Below are positions 37,375 to 47,117 of a stretch of 64,000 bases of DNA, piece by piece. The position numbers and the translations under genes were made by a program. Origin of the DNA: Methylocella sp. (GTDB lineage Bacteria > Pseudomonadota > Alphaproteobacteria > Rhizobiales > Beijerinckiaceae); the NCBI RefSeq assembly GCF_044226135.1, contig NZ_JBGAHM010000005.1, positions 66,327-130,326 on the forward strand, in the 5' to 3' direction. Position 1 is the stretch's first letter; every line of letters starts with the position of its first letter. The notes beneath the pieces were generated by a model. That model was not told where the DNA came from, ran no database searches, and was given only the letters and a program-made list of their open reading frames with translations.

Positions 37375-38874
37375 TCAGATCGTCTGGTTGTAGGCGCCCA
37401 CTTCCGGATTCTCGCGCAACACCCCGTCGATCGCGGCGAACATCTCGCGCATGCGCGCCTCGGAGACGGGGCTTTCGACCACGACCACGAGCTCGGGCTT
37501 GTTCGAGGAGGCGCGCACCAGCCCCCAGGTGCCGTCCTCGACCGTCACGCGCACGCCGTTGACGGTGACGAGGCTCTTGATCTTCTGGCCGGCGAAGGAC
37601 GCGCCTCCGGCGTGCAGGGCGGAGAGCCGCGCCAGCACCTTGTCGGCGACGCCATATTTCTTCTCGTCGTCGCAATGCGGCGACATCGTCGGCGAGCCCC
37701 AGGTCTTGGGCAGCGCCGCGTAAAGATCGGCCATCGACTTGTCGGGATTGCGGTCGAGCATGTCGAGCACATGGATCGCCGTCAGAAGCCCGTCGTCATA
37801 GCCGCGCCCGACCGGCGCGTTGAAGAAGAAATGGCCGGATTTCTCGAAGCCCGCGAGCGCGCCAAGGTCCGAAACGCGGCGCTTGATGTAGGAATGCCCG
37901 GTCTTCCAGTAGTCCGCCTTCGCGCCGCGCGCCTGCAGCTCGGGATCGGCGGCGAACAGGCCGGTCGACTTCACGTCGACGACGAAGGTCGAATTGGGAT
38001 AGAGCGCCGAGAGGTCGCGCGCCAGCATGACGCCGATCTTGTCGGCGAAGATCTCCTCGCCATGATTGTCGACGACGCCGCAGCGGTCGCCGTCGCCGTC
38101 AAAGCCAAGCCCGACGTCGGCGCCCGTCTCGCGCACCTTGTCGGCCATGGCGTGCAGCATTTCGAGGTCTTCGGGGTTCGGATTGTAGCGCGGGAAGGTG
38201 AAGTCGAGCTTCGTGTCGAGCGGAATCACTTCGCAGCCGAGCGCTTCGAGGATCTGCGGCGCGAAGGCGCCGGCGGTGCCGTTGCCGCAGGCCGCCACCA
38301 CCTTGAGCTTGCGCCTGAGCTTCGGCCGGTTGGTCAGGTCGGCGGCGTAGACGGCGGGGAAATTCTCGACATAGCGGTAGGAGCCGCCCTCGGCGAAACG
38401 ATAGGCGCCGGCGAGCACGATCTCCTTCAGCCGGCTCATTTCGTCGGGGCCGAAGGTGACGGGGCGTTGCGCGCCCATCTTGACGCCGGTCCAGCCATTG
38501 TCGTTGTGCGAGGCGGTGACCATCGCGACCGCCGGCGCGTCGAGCGCGAATTGCGCGAAATAGGCCATCGGCGAGAGCGCGAGGCCGATGTCGTGCACCT
38601 TGACGCCGGCGGCCATCAGGCCCGAGATCAGCGCGATCTTGATCGAGGCCGAATAGCCGCGAAAGTCGTGGCCGGTGACGATCTCGGGCTTCACGCCGGC
38701 CTCATGCAGGAAGGCGCCAAGCCCGAGGCCCAGCGCCTGCACGCCCATGAGGTTGATTTCCTTCTCGAACAGCCAGCGCGCGTCATATTCGCGGAAGCCC
38801 GTGGGCTTCACCATCGGCGTCGTTTCATAGGCGAGCGTGTTCGGAAAGAGCTGCGGCTGGGGCTTCGGGAACAT
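37375..38874 (-). CDS. phosphomannomutase/phosphoglucomutase
   Basis: Active-site TASHNDNGWTG phosphoserine loop, GFDGDGDR Mg loop and GFEKSGH sugar-binding loop. Confidence 0.92.
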   Translation of the reverse strand: MFPKPQPQLFPNTLAYETTPMVKPTGFREYDARWLFEKEINLMGVQALGLGLGAFLHEAGVKPEIVTGHDFRGYSASIKIALISGLMAAGVKVHDIGLALSPMAYFAQFALDAPAVAMVTASHNDNGWTGVKMGAQRPVTFGPDEMSRLKEIVLAGAYRFAEGGSYRYVENFPAVYAADLTNRPKLRRKLKVVAACGNGTAGAFAPQILEALGCEVIPLDTKLDFTFPRYNPNPEDLEMLHAMADKVRETGADVGLGFDGDGDRCGVVDNHGEEIFADKIGVMLARDLSALYPNSTFVVDVKSTGLFAADPELQARGAKADYWKTGHSYIKRRVSDLGALAGFEKSGHFFFNAPVGRGYDDGLLTAIHVLDMLDRNPDKSMADLYAALPKTWGSPTMSPHCDDEKKYGVADKVLARLSALHAGGASFAGQKIKSLVTVNGVRVTVEDGTWGLVRASSNKPELVVVVESPVSEARMREMFAAIDGVLRENPEVGAYNQTI

Positions 38875-39004
38875 GGACGCCTTCCAGGGTTGCGGACGCG
38901 CAAAGACGCCCGGCGCGGTGAGCTTGAGCCGCGCTTAGCACAAGTTTGGCGACGAATGAATGGCGCGCGCCGCGCCGGCCCGCCCGCCAGGGCGCGAAGC
39001 CGGC

Positions 39005-39367
39005 CTATTTCTGCCTGGCGATGATCTGGTCCTTGATCTTGTCATAGACCGCGCCGGGCAGAATCTTCTTCTGCACGAGCTCGTCCTTGCCCTTGTAGGG
39101 CCGGTTCTTGATGATGTCGCCGGCGCGCGCGAGGCCCACGCCCGGCAGGGCGCGCAGCTCGGCGTCGCTCGCCGAATTGATGTCGATGAGCTCGGTTCTG
39201 GCGTGCGGCGCGGCGGGCTTCGCCGCGGGGGCGGGCTTGGCGCCCGGCGCGGGCGCGGCGGAGGGCGCGGCCGTCTGCGCGGCGGCGGGCGCGAGCGCGC
39301 CGGCAAGGGGCAGGGCCAGCGCGCAGGAGAGGGCGAGCGCGAAGGGAAGGGCGCGAATCTGGGTCAT
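39005..39367 (-). CDS. periplasmic ComEA-like helix-hairpin-helix protein
   Basis: Signal peptide, then an Ala/Pro-rich linker, then IDINSASDAELRALPGVGLARAGDIIKNRPY (HhH). Confidence 0.75.
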   Translation of the reverse strand: MTQIRALPFALALSCALALPLAGALAPAAAQTAAPSAAPAPGAKPAPAAKPAAPHARTELIDINSASDAELRALPGVGLARAGDIIKNRPYKGKDELVQKKILPGAVYDKIKDQIIARQK

Positions 39368-39472
39368 GGCGAGGCTCCGGCGCAGGACGGCGCGGGCGCC
39401 AGAATGACAGTTCGGGCGCCGGCCACAACGCCCCGGCCGGCGTTCACGCGAAATATGATCCTGCGCGACGGG

Positions 39473-40462
39473 TCAGGCGATCTGCGCGGTCTGCGGGTGA
39501 TGTTCGAGCGCCGCAAGGAAACGCTCGGCCTCGAGCGCGGCCATGCAGCCCATGCCCGCCGCCGTCACCGCCTGGCGATAGATGTCGTCGGTCACGTCGC
39601 CGGCGGCGAACACGCCCGGCACGTTGGTCGCGGTCGAATCCGGCGCGGTCCTGACATAGAAGTTGGGCTTGAGCTCGAGCTGGCCCCTGAACAGGTCGGA
39701 GGCCGGCTGGTGGCCGATCGCCACGAACAGCCCATGCGCGTCCACCTGGCGCAGCGCGCCGCTCGTCACGTCCTTCAGCGTGACATGGGTCACGCCGGGC
39801 GGCTCCTGCGTCCCGTGGATCTCCTCGACGGCGTGATTCCAGATCACCTCGACATTGGGGCGGGCGAAAAGGCGCTCCTGCAGGATGCGCTCGGCCCGGA
39901 AGGCGTCGCGCCGGTGCACGACCGTCACGCGGGCGGCGAGATGGCTGAGATAAAGCGCCTCCTCGACCGCGGAATTGCCGCCGCCGACGACGATCACGTC
40001 CCGGCCGCGATAGAAGAATCCGTCGCAGGTGGCGCAGGCCGAGACGCCATAGCCCTTGAACGCCGCCTCGGAGGGAAGGCCGAGCCATTTGGCCCTGGCG
40101 CCCGTGGCGACGATCAGCGCGTCGCAGGCGTAGGCCTGCCCGCTGTCGCCAAACAGGCGGAACGGGCGGCGCGAGAGATCGACCTGCGTGACATGGTCGG
40201 AAATCATGTGGGTTCCGACCTTCTCGGCCTGAAGCCGCATCTGCTCCATGAGCCAGGGGCCCTGGACCGGCTCGGCGAAGCCCGGGTAATTCTCGACGTC
40301 GGTCGTGATCATGAGCTGGCCGCCGGCTTCGAAGCCCGCGATCAGCACGGGTTCGAGCATGGCCCGCGCCGCATAGATGGCGGCGGTGTAGCCGGCGGGC
40401 CCCGACCCCAGAATGATGAGGCGGGGATGGCCGGTCGAGGGGGCGGGCGCGGAGGACGTCAT
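39473..40462 (-). CDS. trxB: thioredoxin-disulfide reductase
   Basis: [17 protein letters not shown], redox-active [32 protein letters not shown]. Confidence 0.93.
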   Translation of the reverse strand: MTSSAPAPSTGHPRLIILGSGPAGYTAAIYAARAMLEPVLIAGFEAGGQLMITTDVENYPGFAEPVQGPWLMEQMRLQAEKVGTHMISDHVTQVDLSRRPFRLFGDSGQAYACDALIVATGARAKWLGLPSEAAFKGYGVSACATCDGFFYRGRDVIVVGGGNSAVEEALYLSHLAARVTVVHRRDAFRAERILQERLFARPNVEVIWNHAVEEIHGTQEPPGVTHVTLKDVTSGALRQVDAHGLFVAIGHQPASDLFRGQLELKPNFYVRTAPDSTATNVPGVFAAGDVTDDIYRQAVTAAGMGCMAALEAERFLAALEHHPQTAQIA

Positions 40463-40566
40463 CGGGCGGGTCTCAAGGGTCTCGCGGACGGAACGGGCCG
40501 CCCGCCGAATTTAGGCGCGGCGCAAGGCGGGGGCAACCTTTGCGCCGCGCCCGTGGCGGGGGCGCG

Positions 40567-41064
40567 TCAGCGCGGATTGGCGACGGGCTCGAGCCGCAGC
40601 GCGCCGACGCCGGCTGAGAGGTTCACGCCGGTCTCGACGCCGACGGCGAGCGGCTGCAGGCTGATCGAGCGGTTGTTGACGCCGACCAGCGCATTGGCCG
40701 AGAGGCCGCCGCCAAAGGCCGCGTTGCCGCCGGCGCCGACGAATTCGCCGGCGAGCGCGTAGGGCGGCACGTTGCGGCCGGCCGAAAGGGCGGCCCAGGC
40801 GAAGGTGCCGCCGGTGGTGAAGCCGATGTCGAGGCCGAAGCGGCGGATCGTGCCGACATAATGTTCGACCGGGCCGCGCCGCGGCTTGAAGACGCAGGAC
40901 AGGGCGCGGCTCGAGGTCAGCACGAAGCCGAAGCCCGCCGAGACGTTGCAGGTCAGGACGCCGGCCTGGGTCCAGGCGGCCTGCGCCCCGCCGCCGCCGG
41001 CGAGGACGCCGAGCAGGCAGGCGCCGGCGAAGGCGGCGCGGTTGAAGGAAAGAAACTTGGCCAT
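40567..41064 (-). CDS. DUF992-like secreted protein
   Basis: Signal peptide and two Cys (LTCNVSAGFGF...LSCVF). Gly/Ala-rich beta-type sequence of about 165 aa, as I recall for the DUF992 family common in Hyphomicrobiales. Confidence 0.55.
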   Translation of the reverse strand: MAKFLSFNRAAFAGACLLGVLAGGGGAQAAWTQAGVLTCNVSAGFGFVLTSSRALSCVFKPRRGPVEHYVGTIRRFGLDIGFTTGGTFAWAALSAGRNVPPYALAGEFVGAGGNAAFGGGLSANALVGVNNRSISLQPLAVGVETGVNLSAGVGALRLEPVANPR

Positions 41065-41171
41065 GACGACTCCTGAACGATCGGCGTTGACCTTCGCGCG
41101 CGTCCGGCCGAAGGTCGCCTCCCTTTCGCGGCGCAGGCGCGCGCGGGAATGAAGCGAGGCGATCTATAAGC

Positions 41172-41573
41172 ATGAAGGGGCTGGCGCGCCAGTTCTCCGC
41201 CTTCCTCGGCGTCGGCGTGGCGGCGACGGCGCTGCATTACGCCGTGCTGATCTGTCTCGTCGAAATGTTCGGGGTCGCCGCGCCGCCGGCCGCGCTCGCC
41301 GGCGCGCTCGCGGGGGCGGTCCTGTCCTATGGCGAGAACCGCCGCCGCACTTTCAGCTCGACGCGCTCGCATCGCAGCGCCGGCCTGCGCTTCGGCCTCG
41401 TCGCGCTCGGCGCGGCGGGCCTCACTTATGCGCTGATGCGGCTGTTCGTCGATGGGCTCGGCGCGCCCTATATCCCGGCGCAGATGGTCGCAAGCGGGAT
41501 CGTCACGATCTGGACCTTCGCGGCCCATCGGCTGTGGACGTTTCGGGAGCCGCCCCGCGCCGCTGGGTCGTAA
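41172..41573 (+). CDS. GtrA-family membrane protein
   Basis: 133 aa with four TM helices. QFSAFLGVGVAATALHYAVL N-terminal GtrA motif and HRLWTF C-terminal motif. Confidence 0.75.
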   Translation: MKGLARQFSAFLGVGVAATALHYAVLICLVEMFGVAAPPAALAGALAGAVLSYGENRRRTFSSTRSHRSAGLRFGLVALGAAGLTYALMRLFVDGLGAPYIPAQMVASGIVTIWTFAAHRLWTFREPPRAAGS

Positions 41574-41652
41574 GGCGTCCGCGCGGCAAGGCGTCCACGC
41601 GGGCGGGCGGCCGCCCGGCGAAGCGCCCCATGCCGCGCGGCCCCGGGGGCGG

Positions 41653-41898
41653 TCATGGCGCCTGACGCGCCTCGGGCGGGGCGCCGCCAGGCGCCGCGGC
41701 CGGCGCAGGGTCCGCGGCCGCGGGCGCGGCCGAGCGATATTCGATCGGCTGGGCCTGAAGCAGGGGCGGAACGTTGACGAGCGGGCCCGTGGCGAGGATC
41801 GGCCGCGCCGGCCCGACAGTGCGCACCTGCGCGAGAGCGGCCGCCGCGGATCCGGCGAACAGCGCGGCGACCCCCGCCGCTATGGCGAACTGCTTCAT
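41653..41898 (-). CDS. small secreted Ala/Pro-rich protein
   Basis: MKQFAIAAGVAALFAGSAAAALAQ signal peptide. Only 81 aa and no family recognised. Confidence 0.4.
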   Translation of the reverse strand: MKQFAIAAGVAALFAGSAAAALAQVRTVGPARPILATGPLVNVPPLLQAQPIEYRSAAPAAADPAPAAAPGGAPPEARQAP

Positions 41899-42076
41899 CC
41901 CCCCAACTCCAGCTCTGGGCCGGACTTCGCCCGGACAACCCTCTCCATAACGTGGACGTCCCCGCTTCGGTTCACGACGTCGTTAAAGAAAGCTTTATGG
42001 CGAGCCCGGCAATTGGCGAGCCCGGCATGTGGCGCGGCGCGGGCGTTTTCGCCGGGCGCGGGAGGCGGCGCCCGCG

Positions 42077-43178
42077 TCAGATCCCTGCGGGCAGGCGCCG
42101 GCTCATGCGCCAGGCGCGCGGCGACATGCCCGCCCATTGCCGGAAGGCGCGGGCGAAGGCTCCGACTCCACATGCAGCGCGAGGGCGATCTCGGTGATCG
42201 GCGGGCGGGCTGGGCCAGCATGCGGCGGGCGATCTCGAACAGGATCTCGTTGTGGATTTCCTGAAAGGTGACGCCTTCCGCCGCCAGCCGCCGGGTCAGG
42301 GTGCGGCGCCCGACGTTCAGCAGCGCGCACACGTCCTCATGGGCCATGGGACGCTTGATCAGCGCCGCGCGCAGCAGGCGCCGCACCTGCTCGGTCGCAT
42401 TGCCGGCCTCCTCGGCCTCGAGCAGGTCGAGCTGCTCCTGCAGCATGTGGCGCAGCAGCGCGTCCGTCTTCGGAAGCTTGTGGTCGAGCCAGGAGGCGCG
42501 GAAGCGAAGCGCGCTCCGTTCCGCGTCGAATTTGACGGGCGCGCCGAAGAACTGGGCGTAGCGGGCGGGACTGGACGGCTTCGGCCGCGACAGCGACACG
42601 TCGACGAAGGAAAACTGCGGCCCGCACAGGCCCGCCATGATGTTGCGCCCGATGGCCAGCGCGCCGTCATAGATGAAGGGGCGCCCGGGGCCGTCGTAAT
42701 GGGAGATCGAATAGCCGAGAAATGCGTCGACCCCGTCTACTTCGACAAAGGGAGAGGCGCCCCGGTCATGGTGATGCAGATAGCGCACGAGGTCGCCGAG
42801 CGCGGTGCGCACGTCTACCGCCTGTTGCAGCAGAAAACCGCTCAACCCGAGGGACGACGCGCCGGCGCGTTCGCCGATGAGCAGGCCGAAATCCTCGCGT
42901 CCCGTGGACCGGACGCCGAACGAAAGGATGTCGCCGAGCGAGTCGAAGGGGATGGCGTTGTCCGGGTGGTCGAACACGTCGCAGGGCAACGCCGCCTTGC
43001 GCAAGATGTCGTCGAGCGGCAGGCCGAACTGGCGCATCAGATCCGGCACGGCGCCGGCCACCGCGATCCGCACATGGCCGGGCGGCAGCAGGCGTCCGAG
43101 GCCCGCGCGATAGATCGGAATGACAGGCGCCTGCCCGTTGGCCTCCGGGACGTCGACTTCATGCGAAAGACTGGACAT
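42077..43178 (-). pseudogene. AraC-family transcriptional regulator with two frame disruptions in the C-terminal HTH
   Basis: N-terminal AraC-binding-2-like domain in one frame. The HTH is split over three frames: ...FEIARRMLAQ / PITEIALAL..SEP / AFARAFRQWAGMSPRAWR...*. Length is 1102 nt (1104 = 368 codons if two single nucleotides are restored). Confidence 0.65.
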
Positions 43179-43365
43179 GGCGCGGGGGAAATGAACAGAC
43201 GGCGAGAAGAAGCAAGGCTCAATCTGTCGTCTGGCGTCCTGATCTGTCAAGTCGATTCCGGCCGCCGCGGACCGCCGCGCGAAAAACGCGAAAGGCGGCG
43301 GCCGAAACACGGCCGCCGCCTTTGTCCATGCGCCCCGCGCGGCGCGGCAAACGCCGCCGTCCGGC

Positions 43366-43659
43366 TTACTTGGCGGTCTTCTCGACGGCCTGCATCACGG
43401 TCTCGGACCCATGCGAGCGGCAATATTCGGTCGCGACCTTGATGTTGCGGGCGAGATACCGCAGGTCGATCGTCGAGCGGTTCTCCTTGGCGCCGAAATA
43501 GCCCGCCATCCAGGCCGTGATGAAGGGCATGCGCTCTTCGGGCGATTCGACGAGCTGCTTGCAGGTGATGAGCGACATGTCGACCATCACCTGCGCCCGG
43601 GCGGCGGAAGCCGCGCCGAGCGTCATCATCGCGACGGCGGCGGCGATCTTGATTTTCAT
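43366..43659 (-). CDS. HdeA/HdeB-like small periplasmic protein
   Basis: Signal peptide, then MSLITCKQLV (xTCxxF/L motif), W..GY and a second Cys (EYCRSH). About 75 mature residues. Confidence 0.5.
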   Translation of the reverse strand: MKIKIAAAVAMMTLGAASAARAQVMVDMSLITCKQLVESPEERMPFITAWMAGYFGAKENRSTIDLRYLARNIKVATEYCRSHGSETVMQAVEKTAK

Positions 43660-43690
43660 GGGAGCTTCTCCGGATTCGGCGCGGCGGGCC

Positions 43691-43990
43691 TTATTGCTTG
43701 GTGGCGGTGGCGCGCTGCAGGCCGTCCATCAGGGTTTCCTGCGGATAGGAGGCGCACCACTTCGTGACGTTTTGGACGTTGCGCGCGAAGGCCTCGAGAT
43801 CGACGGTGGTCGAGCCGGTCTTCTGGTTGAACCAGCCGCTGAGCCAGCCGCTGGCCAGCGCCGCGTCGGCGGGCGTCATGGCGAGGAAGTCCTTGCAGGT
43901 GACGAGGCGCATGTCGATCATGACCTGCGCCTGCGCCGACGCGCAGACGAACGCGCCGGCGAGGCCGAGCGCGATGGCGAGTTTGCTCAT
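43691..43990 (-). CDS. HdeA/HdeB-like small periplasmic protein (tandem paralog)
   Basis: Same architecture as its neighbour: QVMIDMRLVTCKDFL, WLSGWF, KWCASYPQETLMD. Confidence 0.5.
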   Translation of the reverse strand: MSKLAIALGLAGAFVCASAQAQVMIDMRLVTCKDFLAMTPADAALASGWLSGWFNQKTGSTTVDLEAFARNVQNVTKWCASYPQETLMDGLQRATATKQ

Positions 43991-44129
43991 TGTCTTTCCC
44001 TGGCGTTTCTTGAAACGGGCGGTCTTCTGGAACAGGCGTCGCCTGAAACGGCGAATCGCGACGCATGTCCCGGTTGGCGGCGGCCTGACGCCTCAAGGGG
44101 TCGCGTCCCCTTGCGAAAGCGCGGCCGGG

Positions 44130-44363
44130 TCAGCGGTCCCGCGGCGCGACGAGCGCGCGGCAGGCGGGGCTGATCTCGTTGCGATATTCAAACAGGCAGC
44201 CGCGGATCTCGTCGCGGTTTGGAATATACGCGGAACAATATTCGAAGGCGTCGCCCTCGCAGGCGGCCTGCTCTTCGGCCAGGGTGGCGGCTTGCGCGGA
44301 GGCCGCGCCGAGCATGGCGGAAAACAGCAGGGCTGCGGCGATCGACAGGCTTTTGGCGGGCAT
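44130..44363 (-). CDS. small secreted four-cysteine protein
   Basis: Signal peptide ...GAASAQA. Mature part has C-x8-C ... C-x11-C (ACEGDAFEYCSAY...GCLFEYRNEISPAC). Confidence 0.45.
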   Translation of the reverse strand: MPAKSLSIAAALLFSAMLGAASAQAATLAEEQAACEGDAFEYCSAYIPNRDEIRGCLFEYRNEISPACRALVAPRDR

Positions 44364-44700
44364 CGGTCTTACTCTCCTGGCGTAAACTGGGTCTGGCGCG
44401 CAAGAGCCGGCGCTCGACGTGCGCCCGCCCGATCCGGCGGCGGCGCCGACGAGGCCGACATAGACGCCGGTCCAGTTGTAGAAGGGCTATGCGCGCCCCG
44501 CGTCCGGCGGCGCCGGGAGGCGGTTCGCCCAACCGTGGCGGCCTGACTCTGCGCATAATCCAAACGGAGCGGGCGAACTTGACAGTTTTCACCTTGAATC
44601 TGACAGCCCGCGCTCATCGCGGCGCAGGCGCGAAGACGCCGGGCCGCTGTGTGTTTCCGGCAACAGGGGGGTGCGCGGCGGCCGTGGGCCTGACGCGGAT

Positions 44701-45330
44701 CTAGGGCGCGGCGCGCGCCTCGCGCCTGAAAATCAGCATGATCTGCCGGCCGATGTCGGTCGGCGACAGGCGCCCCGGCCTGTACCAGACGCTCGCCGTG
44801 TTGATGAGGTTGAGCAGAAGGACGCGGTAGAGACTGCGGTCGAGCCGCCCGTCGAGCGGCAGGGCGTCGACGAGCCGGGTGAAGACGGTCTCGAATTCGT
44901 CGCGCCGCTCGACGAGCCGCGCCCGCACGTCGGGCGGCACGGCGCGCAGGTCGTTCATCAGCGGCGTCGTCACGGAATGGGGGTCGAGCTGGATCTCGAT
45001 AAGCTGCGCGCAGGCGGCTTCGAGGCGGTCCCACGGGTCTTCGCGGCCGGCCACCGCCTCCTCGATCAGATCGGCCGCCCCCTGGAGGGCGAGCTCGTGG
45101 ATTTCGAGGAACAGCGCGTCCTTCGACTTGAAATGATGATAGAGCGACCCGCTGAGCAGCCCCACCTGGTCGGCGATGTCGCGCATCGAGGCGCCCTGAT
45201 AGCCGCGTTCGGCGAACAGGGCCGCGGCGGCCTCGACGATGTCGAGCCGCCGGTCGCCGCGCCGCTTCTTCAGAAGGGCGCGCATGGTCGCCGAGCGGGA
45301 CGGCCTGGTCTCCGCCGTCGCCTTGGTCAT
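44701..45330 (-). CDS. TetR/AcrR-family transcriptional regulator
   Basis: N-terminal HTH IVEAAAALFAERGYQGASMRDIADQVGLLSGSLYHHFKSKDALF. Confidence 0.88.
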   Translation of the reverse strand: MTKATAETRPSRSATMRALLKKRRGDRRLDIVEAAAALFAERGYQGASMRDIADQVGLLSGSLYHHFKSKDALFLEIHELALQGAADLIEEAVAGREDPWDRLEAACAQLIEIQLDPHSVTTPLMNDLRAVPPDVRARLVERRDEFETVFTRLVDALPLDGRLDRSLYRVLLLNLINTASVWYRPGRLSPTDIGRQIMLIFRREARAAP

Positions 45331-45403
45331 GAACCTTCTCCAGCGCCTGTCCCGCGCCGTCCGCGAGGTTCCTTGCGCAGCAAAGGGCCTTGGCGGCGTC
45401 GCG

Positions 45404-47044
45404 TCAATAGATGGCGTCGGCCGAGCGGGCCTGCTGGCGCAGGAGGTATTTCTGCATCTTGCCCGTGGCCGTCTTGGGAATGGCGCAGAACACCACCTTC
45501 CTCGGGATCTTGAAGGCCGCGAGATGCTGGCGGCAGAAGGCGACGATCTCGGCTTCGGTCGCGGCCGCGCCCGGGCGCAGCTCGATGAAGGCGCAGGGGA
45601 CCTCGCCCCATTTCGGGTCGGGCGTCGCGACGACGGCCGCCATCATCACGCTCGGATGCTGGCACAGCGCGTCCTCGACCTCGACCGAGGAGATGTTCTC
45701 GCCGCCCGAGATGATCACGTCCTTGGAGCGGTCCTTGATCACCACATAGCCGTCGGGGTCGCGCGCGGCGAGGTCGCCGGTGCGCAAATAGCCGCCCTCG
45801 AAGGCGCGCCGCGTCGCCTCGGGATTCTTCAGATAGCCCTTCATGGCGATGTTGCCGCGGAACATGATCTCGCCGATCGTCTCGCCGTCGGCCGGCGCGG
45901 GCTCGAGCGTCGTCGGGTCGAGCACGGCCATCTCCTGCTGCAGCGGATAGGCGACGCCCTGGCGGCGATTGAGATGGGCGCGCTCCTCGGTCGAGAGCTG
46001 CGCCCATTCGGGCTTCTGCGCGCAGATCGAGGCCGGCCCAAAGGTTTCGGTCAGGCCATAGACATGGGTCAGCGCCAGGCCGAGCCGCTCGGCGCCGGCG
46101 ATGACCGCCTTCGGCGGCGGCGCGCCGGCGACCAGCCCTTCGACGCGCACCGGCCCGCCGGCGGCCTCGGCGTTCGCCACGAGCAAATTGTAGACGATCG
46201 GCGCGCCGCACATGTGGGTGACGCGATGGGCGCGGATCAGCTCGAAGATCTTCGCCGGGTCGACCTTGCGCAGGCACACGTTGAGGCCGCCGACCGCCGC
46301 CATGGCCCAGGGGAAGCACCAGCCGTTGCAATGGAACATCGGCAGCGTCCACAGATAGACGGCGCGCTGCGGCAGGCCCCAGGCGAGGATGTTGCTGACC
46401 GAGGCGAGATAGGCGCCGCGATGATGGTAGACGACGCCCTTGGGGTCGCCGGTGGTGCCGGAGGTGTAGTTGAGCGCGATCGCGCTCCATTCGTCGTCGG
46501 GCGGGCGGATCGCGAAGGCCGGGTCGCCGCCTTCGATGAAGGTCTCATATTCGATCGCGCCGATCAGGCGCCGGCGCGGCGCGGCGGCGTCGTCGACGTC
46601 GATCACATAGGGCGCGGGGCCATCGACGAGCGCGAGCGCCTTCTCCATCACGTCGGCGAATTCGGGGTCGACGAGCACGACCTTCGCGCCGGCGTGCGAC
46701 AGCATGAAGGCGAGGCTTTCGGCGTCGAGCCGCGTGTTGAGCGTGTTGAGGACGGCGCCCGTCATGGGCGCCGCGAAATGGGCCTCATACATCGCCGGCA
46801 CGTTCGGCAGCATGACCGAGACCGCGTCGCCGCAGCCGACGCCGAGCCGGGCCAGCGCCGAGGCGAAGCGCCGGCAGCGCGCGGCCGTCTCGCCCCATGT
46901 GAACCGCCGGTCCTCATAAACGACGCTCGGGCGCTCCGGCGCGACGCCGGCCGTGCGTTCGAGAAAGCTCAGGGGCGACAGCGGCACATAATTGGCGGCG
47001 TTCTTGTCGAGATGCGTCTCGAACGGATTGGCGCAGGCCTCCAC
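45404..47044 (-). CDS. acyl-CoA synthetase (AMP-forming, medium/short chain type)
   Basis: AMP-binding signature YTSGTTGDPKGV, YGLTET, TGDLA..DPDGY..KDRSKD, PKTATGK. Confidence 0.9.
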   Translation of the reverse strand: MEACANPFETHLDKNAANYVPLSPLSFLERTAGVAPERPSVVYEDRRFTWGETAARCRRFASALARLGVGCGDAVSVMLPNVPAMYEAHFAAPMTGAVLNTLNTRLDAESLAFMLSHAGAKVVLVDPEFADVMEKALALVDGPAPYVIDVDDAAAPRRRLIGAIEYETFIEGGDPAFAIRPPDDEWSAIALNYTSGTTGDPKGVVYHHRGAYLASVSNILAWGLPQRAVYLWTLPMFHCNGWCFPWAMAAVGGLNVCLRKVDPAKIFELIRAHRVTHMCGAPIVYNLLVANAEAAGGPVRVEGLVAGAPPPKAVIAGAERLGLALTHVYGLTETFGPASICAQKPEWAQLSTEERAHLNRRQGVAYPLQQEMAVLDPTTLEPAPADGETIGEIMFRGNIAMKGYLKNPEATRRAFEGGYLRTGDLAARDPDGYVVIKDRSKDVIISGGENISSVEVEDALCQHPSVMMAAVVATPDPKWGEVPCAFIELRPGAAATEAEIVAFCRQHLAAFKIPRKVVFCAIPKTATGKMQKYLLRQQARSADAIY

Positions 47045-47117
47045 GGCGGTTCTCCCTGAAAAATCGCTTTTGGTCTTATGGTCTTATCGGCTGCGCCGCG
47101 GCCGGCGGCGCGCGGGC

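Noticed and set aside
38960-40762. 600-aa plus-strand ORF spanning the ComEA-like and trxB genes
   Set aside because: It spans two independently recognisable minus-strand genes and an intergenic region. Arg/Gly-rich with no motifs.
41895-43310. 471-aa continuous ORF taken at face value as the AraC-like gene
   Set aside because: Its last roughly 100 residues (PARRSPRSPSRCMWSRSLRPRLPAMGG...) are off-frame junk that overlaps the next gene. The genuine HTH sequence lies in the two other frames.
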